DNA from: Nitrosarchaeum sp.
Lineage (GTDB): Archaea > Thermoproteota > Nitrososphaeria > Nitrososphaerales > Nitrosopumilaceae
Reading direction: 5' to 3'
Assembly: GCA_965223865.1 (NCBI GenBank)
Contig: OZ245020.1
Coordinates: forward strand, 128,001-192,000
Length of the DNA stretch: 64,000 nucleotides
The translations under genes and the position numbers were made by a program. The notes under the pieces were generated by a model that was not told the origin of the DNA, searched no databases, and was given only the letters and a program-made list of their open reading frames with translations. This document shows, piece by piece, positions 8,452 through 18,389 of this stretch (position 1 is its first letter; every line of letters starts with the position of its first letter).

Positions 8452-8668
8452 AGACAGGTTGTACTTCCAACTAATTTTGAACCGATTGTAAATACTTCTC
8501 TGAGATTAGTGATTGTATTTTTTTGTCTAACTACCAGCAAGGCTGAATTTGAGCTTCGTAGTTTATCTTCATTTTAATGAATATTCATCCAAATTTCATC
8601 TATAAAATAAACAAGTTTAAAGAAAAATTATTTCAGATTTAACTTCTAGTTTGACTATTACTCATTGT

Positions 8669-8800
8669 TTGAAAGAAGACTATGCAGAGTATACAAAGTG
8701 TGAAAGCTGTGATGCACCGCTACTTCTATGTGACTGTAATTGCCCAAAGTGTGGTAAAAGACAAGAGTGTAGATGCGAGCTAATGCCAATTGCCAATTAG
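8669..8800 (+). CDS. Cys-rich microprotein (43 aa, 8 Cys)
   Basis: MKEDYAEYTKCESCDAPLLLCDCNCPKCGKRQECRCELMPIAN, TTG start; translated by hand. Confidence 0.6.
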   Translation: MKEDYAEYTKCESCDAPLLLCDCNCPKCGKRQECRCELMPIAN

Positions 8801-8982
8801 AACTGTGATTTCCTAGATTAATAATCATCATTTCAGTCTATAAAGAAATTTCAAGGTGACATTTTTGATGTTCTACACATCTCAAGTTTTTTGCCAATCT
8901 ACCAATATATTGGATCTATCATTGGTGATAAATGGTAATAGTTGGTTTTTATTACCAATAAGTAATTCCAAGGTGTGCAAAT

Positions 8983-9861
8983 ATGAGTGATCTTAACGTA
9001 GCTGTTGTCATAAAATTAGAACCAGATTTTTCAGAAGGAAACGTAAGTTACAATCCAGATGGAACCCTAAATCGAGCTGAAACAAAGAATACTTTGGGTC
9101 CACACAGCGCAATTGCAGCTCATGCTGCATTTTATGCCAGAGTGATGTATGGTGCTAAAGTCTCTATTGGAACGATGGGTCCTCCAAATGCAGACATTGC
9201 ATTACAACAAGCTCAGCAAATCTCTGATGCAGAAGAGCTTCACCTGTATAGTGACAGATTGTTTGCAGGTGCTGATACTCTGGGAACTGCCGAAGTTCTA
9301 AAGACAGGAGTTGAAAAGATGCAAGGAAAGATGGATATTGTTTTTGCAGGACACAGAGCATCTGATGGTGAAACAGGACAGACAGGGCCACAGGCAGCAT
9401 GGAAGCTTGGATTTACTTTTCTTGGAAACGTAATTAGTTATAATTTAGATATGGAAACTAGAATTATTCGTGCAAAACGATTGATTAGTTTGCAGGGTGC
9501 TCCTGATGTAATTGAGGAAGTTGAAGCTCCACTTCCAGTATTCATATCAATTGATCCAACATACAAGTCAAGCTTTGATAAGGTATCTCAACGACTTGCA
9601 TTTCAGAAATATCAAAAAGAAGCAACAGAGAGAGCAGAGAATTTTAAAGATTATTTCAAAATTTTTAATGCCAAAGAATTAGGAGTTGATGAAACTCTAG
9701 TGGGACTTCCAGGTTCACCAACAATAGTTTACAAAGTTGAAAGAGTTCCAAAATCTACAGCTACTAGAAGAGCTGAAGTAGTAGATGGCTCTGATCCTGA
9801 ACAACTCCAAAAGGTTGTAGGAAAAATGAAAGAAGCCTTGGAGGCAATGGTGATAAAGTGA
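8983..9861 (+). CDS. fixA: Electron transfer flavoprotein beta subunit
   Basis: TMGPP, DRLFAGADTLGTA, GHRASDGETGQTGP, GLPGSPT. Confidence 0.95.
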   Translation: MSDLNVAVVIKLEPDFSEGNVSYNPDGTLNRAETKNTLGPHSAIAAHAAFYARVMYGAKVSIGTMGPPNADIALQQAQQISDAEELHLYSDRLFAGADTLGTAEVLKTGVEKMQGKMDIVFAGHRASDGETGQTGPQAAWKLGFTFLGNVISYNLDMETRIIRAKRLISLQGAPDVIEEVEAPLPVFISIDPTYKSSFDKVSQRLAFQKYQKEATERAENFKDYFKIFNAKELGVDETLVGLPGSPTIVYKVERVPKSTATRRAEVVDGSDPEQLQKVVGKMKEALEAMVIK

Positions 9862-11045
9862 TGGCAGAAAAATATCGACACCTATACGTCGTAGTTGAAA
9901 TTGAAGAAGGGCAAATTCTTCCAGTAAGCCTTGAGATGATCGGAGAGGCAAGACGTCTTTTAGATGATTTTAATTCAAAATATTCTTCTAAGGAAAAAGT
10001 TGTTGCAGTTATGTTAGGACACAATGTAAAAGATTTCTCAAAACAGCTAATCGAGTACGGTGCTGATGCTGTAATCTATTCAGACAATCCGGAACTAAAA
10101 GATGTAAGAAATACCATTTACACCAAAATCATTAGTCAGATTGCACAAGACCCCAAGACTTTGGGAGAGATAGAAACAGAGTATGCAAGTGAGATAAAAA
10201 GACCAAGATACATGTTTTTTGCAGCAGACAGCATAGGCAGGCACCTCTCCTCTACAGTTCTAGCAGAATTAGAATCAGGTCTGGCCTCTGATATCAACAA
10301 ACTTGTAATTGAGGACATTGAGATGTCTCACCAACAAAAGACTGCAGGTAAAAACGAAACCTATGAAAAAACCCTAGAGATGTACAGGCCTGACTTTTCA
10401 GGATTCTTGTGGACTACAATTCTTTGTCTTGATAACCGCAATCCAGCTTTTCAGCGAGACTATCACCCACAGTCTTGCAGTATCATTCCAGGCGTATTTG
10501 AACCAGTAAAACCAGACTCAGCACGTGAGGGAAAGATAATTGAATTTGTTCCGAGTCTAGACCCACAAGATCTCAAAGTAAAGGTAATAGGCAGACAAAT
10601 AATTGAAAGCGAGGTTGATTTTGAGACTCCTCGAACAATCGTATCCTTTGGCAGGGGAATAAAAGAAGACCCAGAGAAAAATATCAAACTAATCGAAGAG
10701 TTGGCAAAGCAATTAAACGCAGAAATTGGTGTGACCTTACCAATATCTAAAAAACCATACCAAGTAAGTTCTGCCTTGGATTCAAAGTATATGATTCCAG
10801 ACAGAGTCATTGGAACTAGTGGACACAAGACAAGTGCCATGTTATACATTGCAGCAGGAGTCAGCGGCGCGATGCAGCATGTATGGGGAATGAAGGATTC
10901 AGGATTTGTAGTTGCAATTAATCCTGATGAGGAGGCCCCAATCAAAGATGAGTGTGATGTTTTCATAAAAGGAAGATTAGAAGATGTGATTCCTCGATTA
11001 ATTGAGGAGATAAAAAAGCAGATACAAATTGTGGAGGCATCGTAA
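9858..11045 (+). CDS. fixB: Electron transfer flavoprotein alpha subunit
   Basis: FGRGI, IGTSGH, GVSGAMQHVWGM, VAINPDEEAPI. Confidence 0.95.
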   Translation: MMAEKYRHLYVVVEIEEGQILPVSLEMIGEARRLLDDFNSKYSSKEKVVAVMLGHNVKDFSKQLIEYGADAVIYSDNPELKDVRNTIYTKIISQIAQDPKTLGEIETEYASEIKRPRYMFFAADSIGRHLSSTVLAELESGLASDINKLVIEDIEMSHQQKTAGKNETYEKTLEMYRPDFSGFLWTTILCLDNRNPAFQRDYHPQSCSIIPGVFEPVKPDSAREGKIIEFVPSLDPQDLKVKVIGRQIIESEVDFETPRTIVSFGRGIKEDPEKNIKLIEELAKQLNAEIGVTLPISKKPYQVSSALDSKYMIPDRVIGTSGHKTSAMLYIAAGVSGAMQHVWGMKDSGFVVAINPDEEAPIKDECDVFIKGRLEDVIPRLIEEIKKQIQIVEAS

Positions 11046-11046
11046 T

Positions 11047-12915
11047 TTGGAAAAATATGATGTTGCAATAATTGGTGGAGGCACTGCAGGACTAGCTGCT
11101 CTAAAACAGTTATCAAATCTTGGCAAGCAAGCAATTCTACTGGAGGCAGGATCAGAGGTTGGCTCAAAGAATCTCTCAGGTGGAATTCTTTACTCAAAGA
11201 AACCAAAGAAGGGAACTGTAAATAATGTAGAGCAGGTCTATGAGAATTTTTTAGATGATGCTCCTTTTGAGAGAAAGATAACAAAGTATGTTTTGCACTC
11301 AACATCAAAAGACAAGATCTACTCGATGGATCTTACTGCAGCACACGAGTATCAAGCAAATTTTGGATATTCTGTTTTGTTGAACAAACTAAATTCATGG
11401 TTTGCAAGACAAGCAAATGATGCAGCTGAAAAACTAGGTGGCGGAATAATTCCAGGTGTGCATGTACGCTCAATTACCTGGAATGATAGTGGTAGTGCTG
11501 TAATTCAGACTGATGAGTTAGATGAATTTGAAGTCAAAGCAGTAATTGCAGCTGATGGAGTAAACTCTGAAATTGCTGAAATGGTAGGTGCAAGACCAAA
11601 GTTCACACCAACACAGTTGTATCAAGGAGTAAAAGTAATTGTAAAACTTCCTGAAGAGATTATTGAGAAGAGATTTGGAATCTCATCAAATGAAGGTGCA
11701 GCCCATCTATTTGCAGGAGATGTTACACTAAACCATATTGGAGGGGGATTTCTGTATACAAATTCAAATACACTTTCAGTTGGTGCAGTATACCACTTTG
11801 ACTCTCAGTTGTCAAATCCAACTGAACCATACACCCTCATTGATGCACTTTTGAAAAATCCAATGATAAGTGAATTTATCAAAGATGATGTACCAATCAA
11901 AGGAGAAATCGACAAGAATCTTCCACAAGAAGAACAGTTACGAATTCGCTTTGCAGTAGCAAAGCAAATCAAAAACTGGAATGAGATCCGTGAGGCACAT
12001 CTGTCATCAAGTGGAAGACAACGACTAATTGATTCAGGCAAATTCAAGACTGAAGAAGCAATTGCAACTAGACTATCTAAAATTGAAGAGATGCTAGACA
12101 AGTTGGGAGTAACTTTTGGTTCAGACTATGTAGAGGCAGAATATGGGGCAAAACTAGTTCCTGATGGAAAGAGATGCAGGATGACAAAGCCATTTTACAA
12201 AAATATCTTATTTGTCGGAGATGCAGCAGGCAGAGGAGTCTTTGTTGGTCCAAGAATTGAGGGACTAAATGTAGGAATAGATGATGGAGTAAGAGCAGCC
12301 AATGCAGTAGCAAGGGCAATTGACAAGAATGACTTTTCATCTGATTATCTAGGTGAATACTATTCTCAGCAGACAGAGGAGAGTCCATACACCACAGATA
12401 TGAAACAGATTGACAAGGATTACCTCAAGATTTTTCTTGATGCAGCAAAAGATGTACCAAAAGATATCATTGGATCACGCTATGGCCCAATTTTGAAAAT
12501 GATGTCAAGTGGAACCTTGCGAGGCATTGCTGTAAAGTTTGCAAATATTTTAGGATACGAAAAACTTCTTCCAATGGTAGAATCAGAGGACACCTACGTA
12601 AAGGTGCCAATTGAGCTTGCCGAACGCCTAGGTGAGACAGTATCTACAACCTATTCTCCAAGTATTCCCTCAATTGCAGACAGAATTGCAAATCTAAGTT
12701 ACAATGATGATAACTCATCTCACATCAAGGTTCTAAAGCCTACTAGTGAATATATGAAAAAGATGGTAACTCTTTGTCCTGCAAAGTGTTACACAGAAGA
12801 AGGTGGAAATGTCATAATACAACACGAGGGATGTGTAGATTGTGGAACATGTTCACAAGAAACAGAGTGGAGACATCCCCGTGGTGAAAAAGGAATTCAT
12901 TACAAGTACGGCTAG
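11047..12915 (+). CDS. fixC: FixC (ETF:quinone oxidoreductase-type flavoprotein) fused to FixX ferredoxin
   Basis: YDVAIIGGGTAG Rossmann, GSKNLSGG, VGDAAG; C-terminal CPAKCY...CVDCGTC...WRHPRGEKGIHYKYG; TTG start at 11047 likely. Confidence 0.92.
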   Translation: MEKYDVAIIGGGTAGLAALKQLSNLGKQAILLEAGSEVGSKNLSGGILYSKKPKKGTVNNVEQVYENFLDDAPFERKITKYVLHSTSKDKIYSMDLTAAHEYQANFGYSVLLNKLNSWFARQANDAAEKLGGGIIPGVHVRSITWNDSGSAVIQTDELDEFEVKAVIAADGVNSEIAEMVGARPKFTPTQLYQGVKVIVKLPEEIIEKRFGISSNEGAAHLFAGDVTLNHIGGGFLYTNSNTLSVGAVYHFDSQLSNPTEPYTLIDALLKNPMISEFIKDDVPIKGEIDKNLPQEEQLRIRFAVAKQIKNWNEIREAHLSSSGRQRLIDSGKFKTEEAIATRLSKIEEMLDKLGVTFGSDYVEAEYGAKLVPDGKRCRMTKPFYKNILFVGDAAGRGVFVGPRIEGLNVGIDDGVRAANAVARAIDKNDFSSDYLGEYYSQQTEESPYTTDMKQIDKDYLKIFLDAAKDVPKDIIGSRYGPILKMMSSGTLRGIAVKFANILGYEKLLPMVESEDTYVKVPIELAERLGETVSTTYSPSIPSIADRIANLSYNDDNSSHIKVLKPTSEYMKKMVTLCPAKCYTEEGGNVIIQHEGCVDCGTCSQETEWRHPRGEKGIHYKYG

Positions 12916-12920
12916 ATCAA

Positions 12921-13595
12921 CTAGACAGTAACTTTAACAGTTTTTAGTTCATCATAGGCTTTTCTAATTTCAGAGTAGTACTCTGGGAGTTGTGGAGGAA
13001 GTAAAGTAAATCCAATGTAAAAGTCCTCAGCTTCTCTTAGATACCTCTTTATTTTCTCATGTTGAGGAACTTGAGCCATAAATTTCATGTTGTTTATTCT
13101 ATCGGCTAGCTTGATTATCTTTACATCATATTTTGAACTGGACAGATCAGAGCAGTATTCAAAAAATCTTTGTTGCTTTTTTTCCTCCTCATTAGAACCT
13201 GTAAAGTTTTCAATTGGTTTTGTTTTTAATATCATGGAATTGTTGTAGACATAGTCTCCAAATCTGTGTTTAAAGTATGCATCAAATCCATAAGCTTTTG
13301 CAGAATAAAGATCTAGGATTTTATCATTGTCTTCCATGACATCATGTAAAACTGCTGAGACAATCTGAAGTGTGGTAAGAAGTTTGTCAGTACCTTGATA
13401 ATGTTTGATTACATCTAGAGTGACAGGCCATACATGAGTTTCAAGAAATGAAGACTTGCCATCTTCTCTTGTAATTTCTAAATGAACTTCTTCAGCTAGT
13501 TCTATTGCGTTTTCAACAAAACTATCAACTATAATTTTTGCATCATTTTCAATGTATGATATAAGATCCTCTCGTGTTACTTCTTGAATTGTCAC
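12921..13595 (-). CDS. HD-domain hydrolase, RelA/SpoT-hydrolase (Mesh1/HD_4)-like
   Basis: H...SAVLHDVMED...IIKLADRINNM motif order. Confidence 0.8.
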   Translation of the reverse strand: MTIQEVTREDLISYIENDAKIIVDSFVENAIELAEEVHLEITREDGKSSFLETHVWPVTLDVIKHYQGTDKLLTTLQIVSAVLHDVMEDNDKILDLYSAKAYGFDAYFKHRFGDYVYNNSMILKTKPIENFTGSNEEEKKQQRFFEYCSDLSSSKYDVKIIKLADRINNMKFMAQVPQHEKIKRYLREAEDFYIGFTLLPPQLPEYYSEIRKAYDELKTVKVTV

Positions 13596-13674
13596 TAACT
13601 ATCAATAGGTAATTATCATTCAAAAACTTGTTTATTGCTACTTTGAGGCGCGAACAAGTGATAGATTATTGTAT

Positions 13675-14118
13675 CTAAGAATAGTATTCTTTGAATCCCT
13701 TGTCAGTAGGATATAGCTCAATTTTTGGACCAAACAATCCTTGTTTTTGTTGTACCTTTAGAAGTCCTTTTTTTTCTAGATCCTCTAAAATTGAATCAAG
13801 TTCTTTATTGTCAAAACCTGTGTTTTTTTGAATGCTTTCAAATGTTTTTGATCCTCTGTTTAGTTCTCCTAAAACAAGCATCTTTTTGCTTTGAGGCTTT
13901 GAAAAGTCTCTTTGAGGTTTTGTAGATTCCCTTTGAGGTTCTGAAAAGTTCCGTTGAGGTTCCCTGTATTCATCAAAACTTTGTCGAAATTCATTTTCTT
14001 GAATGGTTTGAGGTGAACCATCCCTCATTTTTCTTCTAGCCAAGAAACGAGGAATGATCCTGGCAAGCGGGATTATTAAAAAAATCAGCAAATAAATCCA
14101 AGAATAATCTGTGGCCAT
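13675..14118 (-). CDS. Membrane-anchored protein with C-terminal wHTH-like domain
   Basis: N-terminal TM, PQR repeats, C-terminal LEDLEKKGLL...LYPTDKG. Confidence 0.75.
   Translation of the reverse strand: MATDYSWIYLLIFLIIPLARIIPRFLARRKMRDGSPQTIQENEFRQSFDEYREPQRNFSEPQRESTKPQRDFSKPQSKKMLVLGELNRGSKTFESIQKNTGFDNKELDSILEDLEKKGLLKVQQKQGLFGPKIELYPTDKGFKEYYS
13891..13961. repeat. 21-bp imperfect tandem repeat (~3.4 copies) encoding 7-aa PQR units
   Basis: TTGAGG recurs at 13891, 13912, 13933, 13954. Confidence 0.75.
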
Positions 14119-14232
14119 CTATTTTTGATACGTCAAGAGATGATAAATTTGTTAACCAGAGATAGTTCTAATGTCTAACTTCATTTGAAATTAGGATTGG
14201 TATAAAAGTAGGAAATAACCAGGTAATAGTAA

Positions 14233-15096
14233 TTGTCAAGATATCAAACTCCCAAAGTTAATGTAAATATGAATGCCGCAAAAGGCATTGCAATTGGTTT
14301 TGTTATACTTATTCTTATTGGAGTAGTTGCATTTGCTTCAGTAAAAATTGTAGATGCAGGTCATAGAGGAGTACTTTTACACTGGAATGCAGTTGATCTT
14401 ACAAATCCACCTCTTGATGAGGGATTACATTTTGTGGTTCCCTTCCAAGATGAAGTGGTTGATGTTGAGGTCCGTACCCTCAAATATGAAAAAGAGACTC
14501 GAAGTGCATCAAAAGACCTTCAGACAGTAGAAACAACTGTGACTGTTAACTATCATCCAGATAGAGAGGCTGTACATAGATTATACAAGAATCTGGGTCT
14601 TGACTATGAAAATAGGGTTATTCAGCCGGCCATAGAGGAGACAGTAAAACAGGTAACTGCAAATTATAATGCTGAAGAACTAATTACAAAAAGACCCTTA
14701 GTTAAGCAAGATATCGAAGCTTCAATTAGAGACAGATTAAGTCAATTTGAGGTTGTAACAGAAGTAATTTCAATTACTGATTTTGAATTCTCGCCATTGT
14801 TTGCTCAAGCAATTGAGGCCAAGGTGGAGGCCGAACAAAAGGCACTCAAAGCTGAAAACGACTTGAGAAGAATAGAAGTTGAGGCAAGACAAAGAGAGGC
14901 AAATGCCATAGGTGTGGCAAATGCAAACATTGCAGAGGCCAAAGGCGAAGCAGAAGCTATTGCAATAATTAACAAGGCATTAGCTGAGAATCCAAATTAT
15001 TTGGAATGGCTCAAAACACAAGCATGGGATGGTAAATTACCACTTGTTGTAGGTGAAGGTGGAACGCCGTTTATCCAGATACCTGTTAGTCCTTGA
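14233..15096 (+). CDS. Prohibitin/SPFH (band 7) family protein
   Basis: EGLHFVVPF, SKDLQTV, YNAEELITKR, AIEAKVEAEQ. Confidence 0.95.
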   Translation: MSRYQTPKVNVNMNAAKGIAIGFVILILIGVVAFASVKIVDAGHRGVLLHWNAVDLTNPPLDEGLHFVVPFQDEVVDVEVRTLKYEKETRSASKDLQTVETTVTVNYHPDREAVHRLYKNLGLDYENRVIQPAIEETVKQVTANYNAEELITKRPLVKQDIEASIRDRLSQFEVVTEVISITDFEFSPLFAQAIEAKVEAEQKALKAENDLRRIEVEARQREANAIGVANANIAEAKGEAEAIAIINKALAENPNYLEWLKTQAWDGKLPLVVGEGGTPFIQIPVSP

Positions 15097-15110
15097 TCAT
15101 TTAGAAAATT

Positions 15111-15407
15111 CTATTCTTTTTTGGGATTCTCTCTGATTGCATCATACATGGCAAGAAATTGCTCAGGTTCGTTTTGTCTGTAATTTTTCTCAAGGTTTTG
15201 GATTTCTTCGTGTGAGATGTCTTCTCCCTTGTTATTGTAATATTCTTTAATTATTTGGGATGGAGTCTTTTTGATGTTATATTTTTGAAGTGTCTGTCTA
15301 ACTGATCTTTTACATAACAAATCGTAAATAAAAAATCGATGAATGAGATATCCTGATAATCCTATGATTGCGACAATAATGATAGGAATTACAATTGGTG
15401 ATGCCAT
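15111..15407 (-). CDS. Hypothetical membrane-anchored protein
   Basis: 98-aa ORF with N-terminal TM. Confidence 0.7.
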   Translation of the reverse strand: MASPIVIPIIIVAIIGLSGYLIHRFFIYDLLCKRSVRQTLQKYNIKKTPSQIIKEYYNNKGEDISHEEIQNLEKNYRQNEPEQFLAMYDAIRENPKKE

Positions 15408-15426
15408 ACTAAATTATACGTTTTTT

Positions 15427-15798
15427 TTAGTATTTCATTGTTATTCTTTTTAACTGAATTTGAACTTTGATTATGAGGCGTGAATTTACCTTTTTTCTTC
15501 TTGGATTAAAGTGAATGTAACCATTTGAGATAGAATAGCTCTCTTTGAGTTGCTCATCTTCAGGCAAGAATTCATATTCAAAGTTTCCAAATTTCAGCAT
15601 TTCAATAATATGTTCCTTAATTGGTGTACCTGATTTGTCTAAATCAATTTTGTGTCTTCCCTGGGAGATGATTCTTGGATAATAATCACGGTCAAACTTT
15701 TCAGAGACATATTTTCTCAAATAATTATGATCATTTCTAGCCTTTAGCCACCAATTTGGCGATACATCCATAAAAAATTTCAGTTCTTTCATATACAT
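15427..15798 (-). CDS. Hypothetical protein
   Basis: 123-aa ORF, tandem with downstream gene. Confidence 0.7.
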   Translation of the reverse strand: MYMKELKFFMDVSPNWWLKARNDHNYLRKYVSEKFDRDYYPRIISQGRHKIDLDKSGTPIKEHIIEMLKFGNFEYEFLPEDEQLKESYSISNGYIHFNPRRKKVNSRLIIKVQIQLKRITMKY

Positions 15799-15902
15799 TA
15801 GGAATCACTTGTTTGCATTTATTACTAATCTCAAACAGGAAGACAGTGGGTTAGTCATGCAAAACAGCCTTCCACAAAAATTTCAATGTAGTTTGAGCAC
15901 AT

Positions 15903-16574
15903 GTGAAAAAAATGAATACGATTGATTCACTTAACACAAGAATTGCAAAATGCAGGAAATGTCCAAGATTGTCTCAATATATCAGAGATGTTGCAAAAAA
16001 TAAGGTAAGACGATTCAGAGATGAAAAATATTATGGTAAGCCATTGTCTGGATTTGGCGATATCAATGCCAGACTGCTAATTGTTGGATTGGCGCCAGCT
16101 GCTCATGGCGGAAATAGGACAGGCAGGATGTTTACAGGAGATTCCTCTGGAGACTGGCTTGCAAAAGTAATGCACAGACATGGATTTGCCTCAATTCCTA
16201 CCAGTCAAAGTAGAGATGACGGATTGGTTCTAAATGATGCTTACATTACAGCAACCCTAAGATGTGCCCCTCCACAAAACAAGCCTACAAGAGATGAGAT
16301 GGAAAATTGTTTTGTTTACCTACAAGAGGAGATTAAAATTCTCAAAAACATTTCAGTGATCCTATGTCTTGGAAAGATTGCATATGATACTACATGTAAG
16401 TTACTTGAGATAAAGTCTGAAAAATTTGGACATAACAAGCTGTTCACAGATGATAACTACAAGATTCTAACCTCATACCATCCATCAAAACAAAACACAC
16501 AGACAGGAAGATTAACTTGGAGAGATTGGTCTGCTGTGTTTGCAAAGGCAAAGAGAATAACTCGAAATGCTTAG
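15903..16574 (+). CDS. udgB: Uracil-DNA glycosylase family 5 (Fe-S)
   Basis: CRKCPRL, GLAPAAHGGNRTGRMFTGD, CAPPQNKP, YHPSKQN. Confidence 0.95.
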   Translation: MKKMNTIDSLNTRIAKCRKCPRLSQYIRDVAKNKVRRFRDEKYYGKPLSGFGDINARLLIVGLAPAAHGGNRTGRMFTGDSSGDWLAKVMHRHGFASIPTSQSRDDGLVLNDAYITATLRCAPPQNKPTRDEMENCFVYLQEEIKILKNISVILCLGKIAYDTTCKLLEIKSEKFGHNKLFTDDNYKILTSYHPSKQNTQTGRLTWRDWSAVFAKAKRITRNA

Positions 16575-16599
16575 ATTTTCTCAAATTCTATAATTTATT

Positions 16600-16914
16600 G
16601 TGAGCCAAGAGATTATTTCATTTATTGAAGTATCATATGATCAGCTAAAATCAAGCCCAATTGATAAACTAGAAGAAGAGATCACCAAAAATATCCAACC
16701 ATATTTTGAAAAGATTTCTCAGATGGATTTAGATGAGAAGATTAAACTCAGAGAATATGTAAAGCAGACAAGAAAAGAGAAATTTCGATTCTCACAGGAA
16801 ATCACAAAAGATATTCCAAAGGAAAGAATTCAAATTGCACTTTCACATCTTGCAAAATTATTTCGAAGATTAGATGATGAGATAAAAAATGAAACAGATC
16901 AAAGCAAAGCTTAG
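16600..16914 (+). CDS. Hypothetical protein
   Basis: 104-aa helical ORF. Confidence 0.65.
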   Translation: MSQEIISFIEVSYDQLKSSPIDKLEEEITKNIQPYFEKISQMDLDEKIKLREYVKQTRKEKFRFSQEITKDIPKERIQIALSHLAKLFRRLDDEIKNETDQSKA

Positions 16915-17093
16915 ATGCAATACTTTGAAGATAGATTAAATGAGTGAAGAAATAAGATTTTGTCCAAAGTGTGGAGGTCTGATGTTTAGAGAGCATGGCG
17001 AATCTGTTTCGTGGTACTGTCCTTCTTGCAATGTAAAGTTCAAAACTGAATAATAGAGAAATACTTGTATTCATAGCAAATAGGATTAACGTT

Positions 17094-17282
17094 ATGAAAA
17101 AGTGTCAGTGTGACAAGTGCGATTGTCCAAATGAGATCAAGGAGTTTGGACACAGATATGAAGAAGAAAATGCAATTGTAGAGGCTGAATTTCAAAAGGA
17201 TGCAGACAAGGTAGAATCAATTATCAAGGAAATTTGTGATTATTGCGAAAGGGGTCAACACCAAGGATCTCCAAGTTCTTAA
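17094..17282 (+). CDS. Small Cys-rich protein
   Basis: CQCDKCDC...CDYCERGQH. Confidence 0.7.
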   Translation: MKKCQCDKCDCPNEIKEFGHRYEEENAIVEAEFQKDADKVESIIKEICDYCERGQHQGSPSS

Positions 17283-17283
17283 G

Positions 17284-17538
17284 ATGGAAATCAAAAACGT
17301 TACTTTATTTTTTGTAGGCATTGCTGTAATAATTTTAGGAACGTTTGTTGTGGTTTTTGATTATCCTCAGATTCAATACTTTGAAAGCATGGAATCTGAA
17401 TCATACCTGATGCTAGATGGGCAAGAAAGAGATATTCATCAAAGACTAGTGATAGAGTTTAGCATAGGAATCGGAGTTTTGGTAATAGGAATTGCATTAT
17501 TGATAGTTTCAGTTTTCAAAAAATCAAAGACAACATAA
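17284..17538 (+). CDS. Small 2-TM membrane protein
   Basis: ATG 1 nt after previous stop; two hydrophobic helices. Confidence 0.7.
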   Translation: MEIKNVTLFFVGIAVIILGTFVVVFDYPQIQYFESMESESYLMLDGQERDIHQRLVIEFSIGIGVLVIGIALLIVSVFKKSKTT

Positions 17539-17548
17539 ATTTGAAAAT

Positions 17549-17902
17549 TTATCTAATTAACTGCAAAATTTTTTGAATTACTGGATCGTGTGCTACTTCG
17601 ACTTCAGTACTAATTATGAGAAAAGCATGTGTGTCAAGAGGAAATGTAATTCGTTTGACTTTTTCATACTCAGTTAGGGAATATTTTCCCTTTCCTAAAA
17701 ATGGATAAAGTGATTCACGGGTTTTCCAACGTGAAATTATATTATGTACAGATTTGGTTACTTCGCCTATAGGTAGCCTAGATTCAACATCTCTTCGCAT
17801 TCCTCCAGCTAATATTTCACCATTAGGATGATATACAAACGCACTTCTGATTTGAGGCTCAATTCCTAAAATAAGAGAACAGATCTTTGTATACTCCATC
17901 AA
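17549..17902 (-). CDS. DUF6659-like (roadblock/profilin-fold) protein
   Basis: IRSAFV...GGMR...LGKGKYSLTEYEKVKRITFP; paralogous to 53511 and 60268. Confidence 0.75.
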   Translation of the reverse strand: MMEYTKICSLILGIEPQIRSAFVYHPNGEILAGGMRRDVESRLPIGEVTKSVHNIISRWKTRESLYPFLGKGKYSLTEYEKVKRITFPLDTHAFLIISTEVEVAHDPVIQKILQLIR

Positions 17903-18389
17903 GTGTTAACTTGGTAATAATAAGATGTAAATTTTTTCAAAGCAGAAAACAAAATTCAATCATAGGTAAGAATTGAAAAACAATTCGTATAATTGCTCTG
18001 TATACACTAACTACTTTGGTAACAAAGAGAATTGCAAGTATTCTGATCAGATATTTATTTACAGTAAGCACTTGATATATTGCTATATTGACACGTAGAA
18101 ATCATCAGTAGGATCTAAATATCAATAGTAGTAACCATAATCAGTTGGAGCTGTCACCAAATAACTAATCGTTGTTGGTCTTAAGTTCCACTTTTATCAT
18201 TTAAATAAAAAAAGAGGTTAAATTCTTGTTTAGTTTTTTTAAAAATTTTCAAAATTTGTCTAAGTGCGGTTTGAATTCAATGGTTAAAGTTGTACCATGA
18301 GCCAGTTAATTAAAAGAAATAGAATGAGAAACTCTGATTTTCATAGGTGACATAGTAATATTGGCAGGTCTTGTGTTGTCACTAGTTTC

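Noticed and set aside
8356-8577. 73-aa ORF in the track
   Set aside because: Starts inside the TIR, spans the TSD and has no protein-like features
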